Shown here: one piece after another, positions 54,232 through 63,810 of the stretch
How positions within the stretch are numbered: position 1 is the first letter of the stretch
Layout: each line of letters starts with the position of its first letter
Assembly (NCBI GenBank): GCA_004297735.1
Contig: SCTI01000001.1
Location: 190,435 to 254,434 of the forward strand
DNA from: Patescibacteria group bacterium
GTDB lineage: Bacteria; Patescibacteriota; Saccharimonadia; UBA4664; SCTI01
DNA length: 64,000 nucleotides
Direction: 5' to 3'
Notes under the pieces: model-generated
Databases searched by the model: none
Seen by the model: the letters and a program-made list of their open reading frames with translations, nothing else
What the model was told of the DNA's origin: nothing
Program-made: the position numbers and the translations under genes

Positions 54232-56040
54232 TTGGATTTATTAACGCGGCGTTATAGCATTCTGGCTTCGCTCCTGGCCTATCTGGGCGGAGTGGTGGCT
54301 AGTGTCACGCTGCTTATATTCGTGCTGGCGCCCGATAAGACGCCCCAAAACATAACCCTGGCGGTGATGCTAGGAGGTAGCGGGGCGATCCTGCTGGCTT
54401 ACTACTTGAGCCTACACCAACTACTCAAAAAGAATCACCTACAGCTATCAACCGGCATCATGGCGGTGCTGGCGGCGATTAGCGAGTTTATTTTAATTAA
54501 TGCAACCGGCGGCCCGGATTCTCCTTATTACTCGCTGTGGATTTTAGCGATCGTGATTGCTGGGCTGTTTGGTCAGGTTGCCACCATCACCGTGGTGTTC
54601 ATGACGCTACTGTACTTTGTGTACGTTTTTTGGACGCACGATTTTAACCAGACCTACATCGCTACGCACTTAGGGATCGTGCTGATGACCATCGGCACCG
54701 GCGCGATCGCTGAGTGGATTCATTTGTTTTTGGGGCGGGGAATGGTACGAGCCAGCCAGGTTGAAAAACTAGCCGGCCAGCTGGGCGAAGAGGAGCTCAA
54801 GTCGGAAGCGATTATGCGTAGCGTGGGTGATGGTATTTTGGTGATTGATACCAAGCGCCGGATTCAGCTGTTCAACCCAGCCGCCACCCGCTTAACCGGC
54901 TGGGATGCCGGTAGCGCTCATGGCATTGATTACCGACTGGTGCTCAACCTGCGGGATGCCGAAGGTAAAAAACTCAGCGACGACACCGACCCATTTACGC
55001 AGGTATGGCGGGAGGGCAAGAGTAAGGTGCGCGATGACTTAACGCTTGAGACCAAGAATGGGCGCAAACTGTCGGCATCGCTGTCGCTGTCACCACTCAC
55101 CGACAACAAAAAACAGATCCGTGGTGGTATTTTGCTGTTTCGCGACATTAGTGCCGAAAAAGAGGTTGAGCGCCAACGCAATGAGTTTATTAGCACCGCT
55201 TCGCACGAAATGCGCACTCCAGTAGCGGCGATTGAAGGCTACTTGGCGCTGGCGATGAATGCCAACGTGGCCACGATTGACGATCGAGCAAAGCAGTATC
55301 TAGATAAGGCCCACCATGCCACTCAGCATTTGGGTGCTTTGTTTAAGGACTTACTGTCGATTACCACCATCGATGACGAGCAACACACCCCGAGCGAGGT
55401 GTTTGATCTTGGCGCGACCATTAAAGAGGTGGTTGACGATATGAAGATCCAGGCCGAAAAGAAAGGCCTTGAAGTTCAGCTGGAGACCAGCGACGTACGC
55501 GTTCGCGGCGAACACGCGGTGGTGCCGGTGTATGCGGTTAAGGCGGCCCCAAGTCGTATTCTCGAAGTTGTATCCAACCTGGTAGAAAACGCGATCAAGT
55601 ACACTCAGACCGGCACCATCCGGGTGACCATTGGCGGCACCAGCGAAGCCGTCACCGTTAGCGTTATTGATACCGGTATGGGTATTGCGGCTGAGGACAT
55701 TCCGCACCTGTTCCAAAAGTTTTACCGAGTCGACAACAGTGCCACCCGCACCATTGGCGGTACCGGGCTGGGGCTCTACCTGTGCCGCAGTATTATTGAA
55801 CATTCCGGCGGTCGAATTTGGGTAGAGAGCAAGCCGGGCGAGGGGAGCGCCTTTAAGTTCACCCTGCCACGATTGGCTAGTGATAAGATTACTAAGGCGG
55901 CCGCTAGTGTAGCGGTTTCACCTGGTACGACCACGGCGACGGCCATGCCAGCAGCTCCACCCTATTCTGTAGCGACCAAACCAAGCTCTAAGAGCGGTAA
56001 GGTGATGACCGACATCCACAAACCGGCGGTGGCAACATGA
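54232..56040 (+). CDS. Sensor histidine kinase (polytopic N-terminus, PAS, HisKA, HATPase_c)
   Basis: H-box STASHEMRTPVAAIEGY. N, G1 (VIDTGMGI) and G2 (GGTGLGL) boxes. PAS-like region ILVIDTKRRIQLFNPAA. The annotated start codon is TTG; a downstream ATG is possible. Confidence 0.8.
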   Translation: MDLLTRRYSILASLLAYLGGVVASVTLLIFVLAPDKTPQNITLAVMLGGSGAILLAYYLSLHQLLKKNHLQLSTGIMAVLAAISEFILINATGGPDSPYYSLWILAIVIAGLFGQVATITVVFMTLLYFVYVFWTHDFNQTYIATHLGIVLMTIGTGAIAEWIHLFLGRGMVRASQVEKLAGQLGEEELKSEAIMRSVGDGILVIDTKRRIQLFNPAATRLTGWDAGSAHGIDYRLVLNLRDAEGKKLSDDTDPFTQVWREGKSKVRDDLTLETKNGRKLSASLSLSPLTDNKKQIRGGILLFRDISAEKEVERQRNEFISTASHEMRTPVAAIEGYLALAMNANVATIDDRAKQYLDKAHHATQHLGALFKDLLSITTIDDEQHTPSEVFDLGATIKEVVDDMKIQAEKKGLEVQLETSDVRVRGEHAVVPVYAVKAAPSRILEVVSNLVENAIKYTQTGTIRVTIGGTSEAVTVSVIDTGMGIAAEDIPHLFQKFYRVDNSATRTIGGTGLGLYLCRSIIEHSGGRIWVESKPGEGSAFKFTLPRLASDKITKAAASVAVSPGTTTATAMPAAPPYSVATKPSSKSGKVMTDIHKPAVAT

Positions 56041-56098
56041 TTACAGTTGATCAGGTTAGAGATTATTGTTATGCTTTGATTAAAAGGACTATTCAATA

Positions 56099-56542
56099 GT
56101 GGCCAAGGTACTCTTAGTAGAAGATGATTTGAGCTTGCGTGAAATTTACGGTGCCCGCTTGCAGGCGGAAGGCCATCAGGTTGTAACCGCCTCTGACGGC
56201 GAGGAGGCGCTAGCGGTAGCTATGCGCGATCACCCTGAGCTGATTGTACTGGATGTAATGATGCCAAAAATCAGTGGTTTTGACGTGCTAGACATCCTAC
56301 GATCAACACCAGAAACCAAGAATATTAAGGTTATTATGATGACCGCGCTCAGCCAGGAGGCCGACCGGGCGCGTGGCGAAAGCCTTGGAGTCAACAAGTA
56401 TCTAGTAAAGTCTCAGGTGACACTAGAGGACGTAATGTCGGCGGTCCGTCAGGTGTTGGTTGGCGACGGAGGAGCGGCCGCTGAGCCAGGTGCTGCCCCC
56501 GCCAATGGGACTCCGCCACCCGCCGCACCCCCTGCCGCGTGA
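56099..56542 (+). CDS. Response regulator, receiver domain only, with Pro/Ala-rich C-tail
   Basis: 147 aa. LLVEDD, phospho-acceptor in LIVLDVMMP, conserved K in KYLVK. Confidence 0.75.
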   Translation: MAKVLLVEDDLSLREIYGARLQAEGHQVVTASDGEEALAVAMRDHPELIVLDVMMPKISGFDVLDILRSTPETKNIKVIMMTALSQEADRARGESLGVNKYLVKSQVTLEDVMSAVRQVLVGDGGAAAEPGAAPANGTPPPAAPPAA

Positions 56543-56546
56543 GCTA

Positions 56547-57221
56547 ATGCGGATCAACCGCTTTGTGGCGACCGCCACCGGCATATCAAGGCGCCAGGCC
56601 GATACCGCCATTCAAGATGGGCGAGTGCTTATAGAGGGTAGGGTAGCCCAACTGGGAGATACGGTTGAGCCCGGCCAAGACGTTAAGCTAGACGGCCAAG
56701 ACCTGAAGCTACCGGCCTTAACCACCATTATGCTCAATAAGCCCCCAGGGTATATATGCAGCCGCGTCCAGCAAGGGGGTACACCCACCGTTTATGAGCT
56801 TTTACCGCCATCCCTGCACGTTCTTAAGCCGGTCGGTCGGCTCGATAAAGATTCATCTGGCCTGCTGCTGCTGACCAACGATGGCCAGCTGGCTCATCGA
56901 TTGGCTCACCCACGACACCATAAATGGAAGATATATGAGGTAACCACCCAACAGCCTCTGCAGCCGCCGCAGCTAGAAGCATTGCGAAAGGGAGTACAAT
57001 TAGAGGACGGGTTAAGTCAGATGGATATTGATCAACATAACAACCTTTACATAGTTAGGCTACAGGAGGGCCGGAACCGCCAGATCCGCCGCAGCTTTGC
57101 CGCGGTTAATGCCGCAGTAGCTACACTACATCGCACCGATTTTGGGCAGCTCAAACTTGGCTCTCTACCCAGCGGGCAGTGGCGCGAGGTTGAGGTTGAT
57201 CCAGAAGGAGCTCCAGCGTGA
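56547..57221 (+). CDS. Pseudouridine synthase, RsuA/RluB family (S4 domain plus catalytic domain)
   Basis: MRINRFVATATGISRRQADTAIQDGRVLIEG (S4 domain) and catalytic GRLDKDSSGLLLLTNDG. The six-frame ORF starts at 56460 and overlaps the upstream response-regulator gene. Confidence 0.8.
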   Translation: MRINRFVATATGISRRQADTAIQDGRVLIEGRVAQLGDTVEPGQDVKLDGQDLKLPALTTIMLNKPPGYICSRVQQGGTPTVYELLPPSLHVLKPVGRLDKDSSGLLLLTNDGQLAHRLAHPRHHKWKIYEVTTQQPLQPPQLEALRKGVQLEDGLSQMDIDQHNNLYIVRLQEGRNRQIRRSFAAVNAAVATLHRTDFGQLKLGSLPSGQWREVEVDPEGAPA

Positions 57222-58135
57222 TTTTTGGGTTAAATGTATCTTTGGTCTGGCTGGTAGCCGGCTTGGCTTTGCTGCCCGGTAACAGTCTAGCTACAATATC
57301 AAAGTTTGCCGCCAGCGTAACCAAACCAACCGCTCAAACTCAAGTTCAAACTCTATCCGATCAAGCCATGCCGGTGGCCCGCAACGGCTTAAAGCCACCG
57401 GCCTTAACCGCCACGGCAGTATACGCCGTTGATGTCGAAACCGGCACCGTACTATTAAGCAAGAACGCCGACCAACCGCGACCAATTGCCTCAATCACCA
57501 AGCTGGCAACCGTAATCACTTATCTGAGTCGCCACAACCTAAATGACACCATTACGGTGCCGCCGTTGCCGGCCTACCAAGCCGGGGCCGAGCTGATTGG
57601 GCTTAAACCGGGCGAACGTTATAAAACCCAAGACATTGTTGCCGCTGCCCTGATCCCATCAGCCAATGATGCCGCCGACACCCTTGCCCTTAGCGACGCC
57701 GGTAGCCTGGAAGAGTTTAGTAAAAGCATGCAGGAGCAGCTGGCCAACTGGGGGATTGAAGGCGCTCAGTTTAGCAACCCCACCGGTTTGACCACCGGCA
57801 CCAGCCTTAACCAAGTATCGGCGGCTGGGGTGGCTAATATGGGCCAGCTGTTGGTGCGCAATCCACAACTCCGGCAGCTGGTTCAAACTCAAACCCAAAC
57901 GATTTCCAGCCTGGAGGGCCGGCCGCTTAGCCTTGCCACCACCAATCAACTTTTGAAAAATTCCCAATTTAATGGTATAAAGACTGGATACACACCCGAA
58001 GCCGGTCAGTGTTTTGTAAGCCTTGCAACGGTCAACGGACATCAAATCGTCACCGTGGTGCTGGGCTCACAAGATCGCTTTGGCGAAACCGAGCAATTAG
58101 TAAATTGGATTAAACGGAGCTATGAATGGCTGTAA
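57218..58135 (+). CDS. D-alanyl-D-alanine carboxypeptidase (S11, PBP5-like)
   Basis: 305 aa. SxxK (ASITKLAT), SxN (IPSANDA) and KTG (GIKTGYT) motifs. Confidence 0.75.
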   Translation: MIFGLNVSLVWLVAGLALLPGNSLATISKFAASVTKPTAQTQVQTLSDQAMPVARNGLKPPALTATAVYAVDVETGTVLLSKNADQPRPIASITKLATVITYLSRHNLNDTITVPPLPAYQAGAELIGLKPGERYKTQDIVAAALIPSANDAADTLALSDAGSLEEFSKSMQEQLANWGIEGAQFSNPTGLTTGTSLNQVSAAGVANMGQLLVRNPQLRQLVQTQTQTISSLEGRPLSLATTNQLLKNSQFNGIKTGYTPEAGQCFVSLATVNGHQIVTVVLGSQDRFGETEQLVNWIKRSYEWL

Positions 58136-59430
58136 CCCCCCTTGTGGCAATTGTTGGTCGACCAAACGTCGGCAAGTCCAGCCTGTTTAATCGCCTGATT
58201 GGGCGCCGGCAGGCAATTACGCATGATGTGGCCGGTACCACTCGCGATGCCAACTATGGCGTGGTCACCTGGAACGGCAAGCACCTCATGCTGGCCGACA
58301 CGGCCGGGCTTCACCCCACCAAAGACGAGCTAGAGCTACGGGCGCAGGACCAGATTACAGAAGTAGCCGAGGTAGCTCAGTTAATCTTGGTGGTAATCGA
58401 CGCCACCACTATGATCACCAACGAAGACCGCCAGGCTGCTCGCCAAGCGCTTAAGACCGGTAAGCCGGTGGTGCTGGCCCTAAATAAGCTGGATGGTGGC
58501 AACCAAAAACCGGTCGACGAGTTTGTACGACTTGGCATTAAGCATCAGGTTGAGGTCTCGGCTATACATGGTCGTGGTACCGGCGACCTGCTAGATGTAC
58601 TGGTTGAGGCGATTGGCGGCACCAATGAGCCGGCCGACGACAATCAGATCCGATTAGCCCTGCTGGGTCGACCAAACGTCGGCAAGTCCAGCCTGCTCAA
58701 CAGCATGGTTGGTAAGCAGCAAGCGATCGTGTCGGCCACCGCCGGTACCACTCGTGATGTCGGTCGAGCCAGTGTACGCTACCACAATCAAGATATTCAA
58801 ATACTCGATACCGCTGGATTGCGCCGACGCGGCAAGATCGAAGGTGGGGTAGAAAAGTACAGCGCCCTGCGCACTCTGGCCGCAATCACTCAAGCCGATG
58901 TCTGCGTTTTGGTTATGGATGCTACCGAGCTAAGCGTAGCCGGCGACCAAAACATTGCCGGCCAGGTACTAGAGGCCGGAAAGGGGCTAATAATTGTGGT
59001 AAATAAGTGGGACGCGGTCGACAAAGAAACCGGCACCCAAGAGGCGCTTACCCGTAAGCTTATGCACGACTTTAGCTTTGCGCACTGGGCGCCGCTGGTT
59101 TATACCTCGGCCACCGAAGGACTAAACGTGGCTAAGCTGTTTGAGCTAACCCGTCAAATCGTTGAGCGAAGAACCACCACCATCCCCACCACTAAGCTTA
59201 ACAAGGTGCTTGGTCAGCTAACCAGCAAGCAGCCGCCAGCAGGGCTTAAAAACCGTCAGCCAAAAATTAAATACGCCGCCCAAACCGACACCAATCCGCC
59301 AACCTTCACTATATTTAGCAGCTACGCCGATTTAATCCACTTTTCGTATAAGCGCTATCTAGAAAATGGCTTACGCGAGGCCTATGACTTTACCGGGACT
59401 CCAATTAAACTAGAGTTTAGGAGTAAGTAA
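58126..59430 (+). CDS. der: Ribosome-biogenesis GTPase Der (EngA), tandem GTPase domains
   Basis: 434 aa. Two G-domains, each with GRPNVGKSSL, DTAG, NKxD. C-terminal KH-like domain. Confidence 0.9.
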   Translation: MAVTPLVAIVGRPNVGKSSLFNRLIGRRQAITHDVAGTTRDANYGVVTWNGKHLMLADTAGLHPTKDELELRAQDQITEVAEVAQLILVVIDATTMITNEDRQAARQALKTGKPVVLALNKLDGGNQKPVDEFVRLGIKHQVEVSAIHGRGTGDLLDVLVEAIGGTNEPADDNQIRLALLGRPNVGKSSLLNSMVGKQQAIVSATAGTTRDVGRASVRYHNQDIQILDTAGLRRRGKIEGGVEKYSALRTLAAITQADVCVLVMDATELSVAGDQNIAGQVLEAGKGLIIVVNKWDAVDKETGTQEALTRKLMHDFSFAHWAPLVYTSATEGLNVAKLFELTRQIVERRTTTIPTTKLNKVLGQLTSKQPPAGLKNRQPKIKYAAQTDTNPPTFTIFSSYADLIHFSYKRYLENGLREAYDFTGTPIKLEFRSK

Positions 59431-60003
59431 ATGAAGTTGATCGTCGGTCTTGGTAATGTTGGTCGCCAGTACCATGCCACCCGCCATAATCTAGGCTTTG
59501 ATGTGGTTGAGATGCTGGGGATTACCTTTGGCCATCAGCCAAGTGAGTTTAAAAAGCACAGCAAGGCCACCGCGGAAGTGCTAGACCTTAAACAGTCTCA
59601 TGATTGTATTTTGGTTAAACCTACAACCATGATGAACCTGAGCGGACAAGCGGTAGGTGATTTAGTGCGTTTTTATAAGATTAACCCGGCCGATGTTTGG
59701 CTGATTTATGATGATGTTGATTTGCAGTTTGGGCAAATGCGCATTCGAGTTGGTGGTGGTAGCGCCGGTCACAACGGCGTAAAGTCGGTGATTGAGCATA
59801 TTGGCGATGGTTTTTGGCGCGTTCGACTTGGTGTTGCTAACCAGTTTTTACCTACAACGCCAACCGACGCCTTTGTGCTTAGCCCCTTTATGGCAGACGA
59901 AGCAGCCAAGATACCAACCATTCTTAGACAGACCTCCGATTATCTTGAAGATGCCTTGCTCGATGGGCAGATCGTGGATCACACTCAAAATTTGATTGCC
60001 TGA
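59431..60003 (+). CDS. pth: Peptidyl-tRNA hydrolase
   Basis: 190 aa. MKLIVGLGNVG...YHATRHNLGF, GHNG motif. TGA stop. Confidence 0.9.
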   Translation: MKLIVGLGNVGRQYHATRHNLGFDVVEMLGITFGHQPSEFKKHSKATAEVLDLKQSHDCILVKPTTMMNLSGQAVGDLVRFYKINPADVWLIYDDVDLQFGQMRIRVGGGSAGHNGVKSVIEHIGDGFWRVRLGVANQFLPTTPTDAFVLSPFMADEAAKIPTILRQTSDYLEDALLDGQIVDHTQNLIA

Positions 60004-60344
60004 ACTTAGTTTTAATAATTCCTTAATCTCGGTCTGAGATACTAAAAACCTACCCTTAAACGCGACAAAACCCCATGTCAGGGTAGCGGGAGCTTCCACG
60101 AACACAGGGTTATGTCGCCCTCGAATGCCGCGCTAGATATATGCGATTTGGCGATCTGGCATCAATGGCGAGACCGGGTATTCGAGGGACTGAACTACCT
60201 GCTGAACAACTAAAGGAGGGTGCTTTTGGTTGCCATGCAGGCAGGTCAGTAGGGTTTACTGGTGGAAAGAACAACCCGTTTTAGGGTATGATTACGAAAA
60301 TATCACACCTTGTTATAAATGTCAATACTTTTTATGCAAACTTT

Positions 60345-61217
60345 ATGAAATATACCATACTCAATTGTGCAGATTCACAGTATCCAGCATTGCTGAAGGA
60401 GACTTCAGATATGCCAAATAAGCTGTATGTTCGGGGCGATCTAAATAGTGGTCGACCCCTGGTTGCGGTTGTGGGCTCTCGTAAACCAACGCCTTATGGA
60501 CTCCAAATGACCGCACGGATTGTGCAAGAATTGGTCGCTGCAGGAATTGGGATTGTGTCTGGGTTAGCATATGGCGTCGACAAACAGGCGCATCGATCGG
60601 CCTTAGACGCTGGTGGCTACACGGTGGCGGTTTTAGGTAACGCAATTGACTCAATTCACCCTAAACCTCATAAAGGTATTGCCGACGAAATATTAGAACA
60701 AGGTGGGGCGGTTATTAGCGAGTACGCCCCAGGCACTTCGACTCAGCCGTTTATGTTTATAGAAAGAAACCGGATTATTGCCGGCCTGTGCATTGGGACG
60801 GTAGTTATTGAGGCCGGTCCACGCAGCGGCAGTTTGACAACGGCTAAACGAACCCTTGATGCCAATCGGAGCGTCATGGCGTTACCGGGACCGACCACCA
60901 GTGAGCTATCAAGTGGCACAAACGCATTGATACGCTCGGGAGCGGTTTTGGTGCGACATGGATTCGACGTGATGGATGAGCTAGGTATTGGCTACTCAAA
61001 AGTGAGTACCTCGCCAAAGCCAGCTGTCGGCGCGCTGGGCGGAGATACGCCGGAAGAAAAGCTTATTATCAAGCTCATCGCTCAAGGAATTTTTGACAGT
61101 CAGCAGTTGATTGAGCGAAGTAAACTGCCAGCAGCCGAGTTTGCTCGAATTATCACCTTAATGGAGATCAGCGGTAAGATCCGTGATAGCGGAAACGGAA
61201 CCTGGACGCTTAGGTAA
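60345..61217 (+). CDS. dprA: DNA-processing protein DprA (Smf)
   Basis: Rossmann-like core VAVVGSRKPTPYG...GIVSGLAYGVDKQAHRSAL and C-terminal DML1-like region. The six-frame ORF starts at 60288; the conserved start is MKYTILNCAD. Confidence 0.85.
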   Translation: MKYTILNCADSQYPALLKETSDMPNKLYVRGDLNSGRPLVAVVGSRKPTPYGLQMTARIVQELVAAGIGIVSGLAYGVDKQAHRSALDAGGYTVAVLGNAIDSIHPKPHKGIADEILEQGGAVISEYAPGTSTQPFMFIERNRIIAGLCIGTVVIEAGPRSGSLTTAKRTLDANRSVMALPGPTTSELSSGTNALIRSGAVLVRHGFDVMDELGIGYSKVSTSPKPAVGALGGDTPEEKLIIKLIAQGIFDSQQLIERSKLPAAEFARIITLMEISGKIRDSGNGTWTLR

Positions 61218-62259
61218 TTTTGCGCTGATTAGCATCAATCGGTCTCGCCCTTCGCTCTTCGGACGCCAAAAAACGAACCGTTGTATAGATCAATAGGTTC
61301 ATGACCAGCAGCGGTAGGGCTTCGAGCGATTCGCGGTAAAAGGCAAAAAACTGAGTTATAAAGATGTCGATCAGGACGGCGCGCTGGAGCAAGTCGTAGG
61401 CGCGAGCCCGGTTGTCGCTAAAAATCAAAACGGCACGGGCGGTAATTGCAGCAACCGTTAAGGCACTAATTAGTTCTAGCACGATAACCAGGGGAGGGGC
61501 CTCCAAGACTCCGCCCTGCAACCAAGGCAATAGCGCCAACGCAACCGTTACCACCTCCCAGGTGGTTTTGGCGACAACTCCAGCCACAAACAGCCTCAAC
61601 CCCCAAGCCGCTACAATAAACTTTTGATACCACTTTGTTAGATGGGTGTGCGCTGTGGTCCACCAACTCGGTCGTGGTACCGGTTGAGCGGCGGTAGCCT
61701 CCAGGGCCTGAATTAACGGGTTAACCAGCGGGTGGCTAGGATCGGACTTGCGTAGGTAGCTAAGCGCGTGGCGTTTTTCGGCCTCATCCAGGTCGTGGAT
61801 AACAGCCTCCTCGAGCAAAAACAGGGCGTTGAGCAGGCTCTCTGGCTGATTCAGCCCCCGACGTCGCGACAGCTGCCGAATGGCCATTAGCAGGCCCACA
61901 AACAGTAAATAAATTAAAGCGATGGTGGGCTGAAAGAAGTAGTTGTTGTCTTGGGTGATAAACTTGCCCAACTCATCAATAAAAAGCCCAAAGCCAATTC
62001 CACCCAATATGGCGCCAAAACGTTGCGCTCGATAGCCAAGTACCGAAAACATTAAAATCATGGCGGCCAGCATTAAAAAACCACCCGGTAGCATGTGGGC
62101 AACATGCAGCGTGCGCCCACCAACCTCGGGATAGTTGGTTAAATGAAGATATAGCCTGGTAACTAAAACGGTGGCCACCGACACCACAAAAAACAGCTCG
62201 AGGGTGTCCGCTGCCCGAACGTTTCGATAAAGATGGTTGCGTCGCAATAACGGTCTCAT
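61210..62259 (-). CDS. Hypothetical polytopic membrane protein
   Basis: 349 aa, 8 or more TM helices, no recognised motif. Confidence 0.45.
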   Translation of the reverse strand: MRPLLRRNHLYRNVRAADTLELFFVVSVATVLVTRLYLHLTNYPEVGGRTLHVAHMLPGGFLMLAAMILMFSVLGYRAQRFGAILGGIGFGLFIDELGKFITQDNNYFFQPTIALIYLLFVGLLMAIRQLSRRRGLNQPESLLNALFLLEEAVIHDLDEAEKRHALSYLRKSDPSHPLVNPLIQALEATAAQPVPRPSWWTTAHTHLTKWYQKFIVAAWGLRLFVAGVVAKTTWEVVTVALALLPWLQGGVLEAPPLVIVLELISALTVAAITARAVLIFSDNRARAYDLLQRAVLIDIFITQFFAFYRESLEALPLLVMNLLIYTTVRFLASEERRARPIDANQRKIT

Positions 62260-62321
62260 TAACCTGATTGTACCAAATATTGGCGTTGTCGATTAATCAA
62301 AAAACTAGTAATATAACCTTT

Positions 62322-63287
62322 ATGAGTTTTTGGCAACAGTTACCCCGACCATTTTTTATACTAGCCCCCATGGACGATGTTACCGACACCGTGTTTCGCG
62401 AGGTGGTAGCCCGTACCGGCGCGCCCGACCTTGCCATGACCGAATTTGCCAGCACCGATGGCTTTGTTCACCCCAAGGGTCGAGACAGCGTTGAGCGACG
62501 GCTACAGGTAAACCCTAGCGAAAAACAAGCTGGCGTGCCTTTGGTGGCACAAATCTGGGGCGGTACGCCCGACCACTACTACCAGACCGCCAAGGAGCTG
62601 GCGAGTCGCGGCGATTTTGTGGGCATCGATATTAATATGGGCTGCCCCGAAAAGGGGATTGTACGGCGGGGCTGTTGCGGTGGGCTGATTGAGCGCCCCG
62701 AAGTAGCGGCCGAGATTATTGCTGCTACCAAAGCTGGAGCTGGCAATTTGCCGGTTAGCGTTAAAACCCGAATTGGCTTGCGCACCATCATTACCGAGGA
62801 GTGGATTAGCCATTTGCTGCGGCAAAACCTAGCCGCCCTCACCGTTCACGGACGCACCGTTAAAGAAATGAGCAAGGTTCCAGCCCACTGGGACGAGATC
62901 GGCAAGGTGGTGGAGCCGCGCGATCAAATCGCTCCTGATACCCTGATTATTGGCAACGGCGATGTGCGCGATCGTGAGCACGGACTGGAATTAATTGATA
63001 AGTACAAGCTCGACGGCATCATGCTTGGCCGTGGCATTTTTCATGACATCCAAGCCTTTGGCCAGCAGCCGGTCGAACTAACGCCCAAGCAGCGGATCGA
63101 CCTACTTAATCGCCATTTTGATCTGTACGATAAAACCTGGGGCCACACCAAGCGGTTTGACCCAATGAAGAAGTTCGCCAAGGTTTACATCAGCGAGTTC
63201 CCGGGTGCGGCCGAGCTGCGAGCCAGAGTCATGGAAACCAAATCAATTAGTGAAGCCAAGCAGGTTTTGGCTGATTCGGACATTTAG
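62322..63287 (+). CDS. tRNA-dihydrouridine synthase (Dus family)
   Basis: FILAPMDDVTDTVFREVV, the catalytic Cys region DINMGCPE, and a TIM-barrel FMN site. The six-frame ORF starts at 62268. Confidence 0.85.
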   Translation: MSFWQQLPRPFFILAPMDDVTDTVFREVVARTGAPDLAMTEFASTDGFVHPKGRDSVERRLQVNPSEKQAGVPLVAQIWGGTPDHYYQTAKELASRGDFVGIDINMGCPEKGIVRRGCCGGLIERPEVAAEIIAATKAGAGNLPVSVKTRIGLRTIITEEWISHLLRQNLAALTVHGRTVKEMSKVPAHWDEIGKVVEPRDQIAPDTLIIGNGDVRDREHGLELIDKYKLDGIMLGRGIFHDIQAFGQQPVELTPKQRIDLLNRHFDLYDKTWGHTKRFDPMKKFAKVYISEFPGAAELRARVMETKSISEAKQVLADSDI

Positions 63288-63364
63288 GTAAATCCTTTGA
63301 ATTGACGAAACTCGAGTAGTCATATAACATTTCATCATCCTTTCAAGCTACCCCGTGAGGGGAG

Positions 63365-63775
63365 GTGGACGTACCAATGCGACTGATTGGCCATACGGCT
63401 CCTTGGACCGAGATCCGTGGATACGACGGACCGCTTGTCGAATTCCAAAGCGGACCAAACCGACGCGCGAAGAGTCGGCAAGAAGACCCTGGTCTCAAGA
63501 CCTGGCTAGAGGTCATTCAAGTAGAGGTCATAATCCTCCCTAGACAGCCTTACTACTTCGGCTTTCGACTGTCCTATGGTCCTGATCAAAAGACCATCTA
63601 TCGATTCGAGAGGCAGCTGAAAGAGCAGTTCATTGCCCCGAGGCTTGGCCCTGAAAGATTGATTGGCGTGATAATGCCGGTCAGCCCGATAGTGTTGCCT
63701 TCAAAACTTGAGGCTCATCCGCGCATGGTGCTTCACATTGACGACCACCGCTACCCGAACCTTCTCGTGCCCTAA
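63365..63775 (+). CDS. Hypothetical protein (high-GC islet)
   Basis: 136-aa ORF, about 57% GC. Followed by a terminator. Confidence 0.35.
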   Translation: MDVPMRLIGHTAPWTEIRGYDGPLVEFQSGPNRRAKSRQEDPGLKTWLEVIQVEVIILPRQPYYFGFRLSYGPDQKTIYRFERQLKEQFIAPRLGPERLIGVIMPVSPIVLPSKLEAHPRMVLHIDDHRYPNLLVP

Positions 63776-63778
63776 GAA

Positions 63779-63810
63779 AGCCCCGCCTTCGAGCGGGGCT
63801 GAAGTTATTT
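63779..63810 (+). terminator. Rho-independent terminator
   Basis: AGCCCCGC-cttcga-GCGGGGCT 8-bp stem followed by gaagTTATTTT. Confidence 0.55.

Noticed and set aside
54232-56542. Histidine kinase and response regulator next to the island as part of a defence phosphorelay
   Set aside because: They lie beyond tRNA-Glu in backbone-composition DNA. The kinase is a conventional PAS-HisKA-HATPase sensor and the regulator is a plain receiver with no effector domain. Nothing links them to the island.
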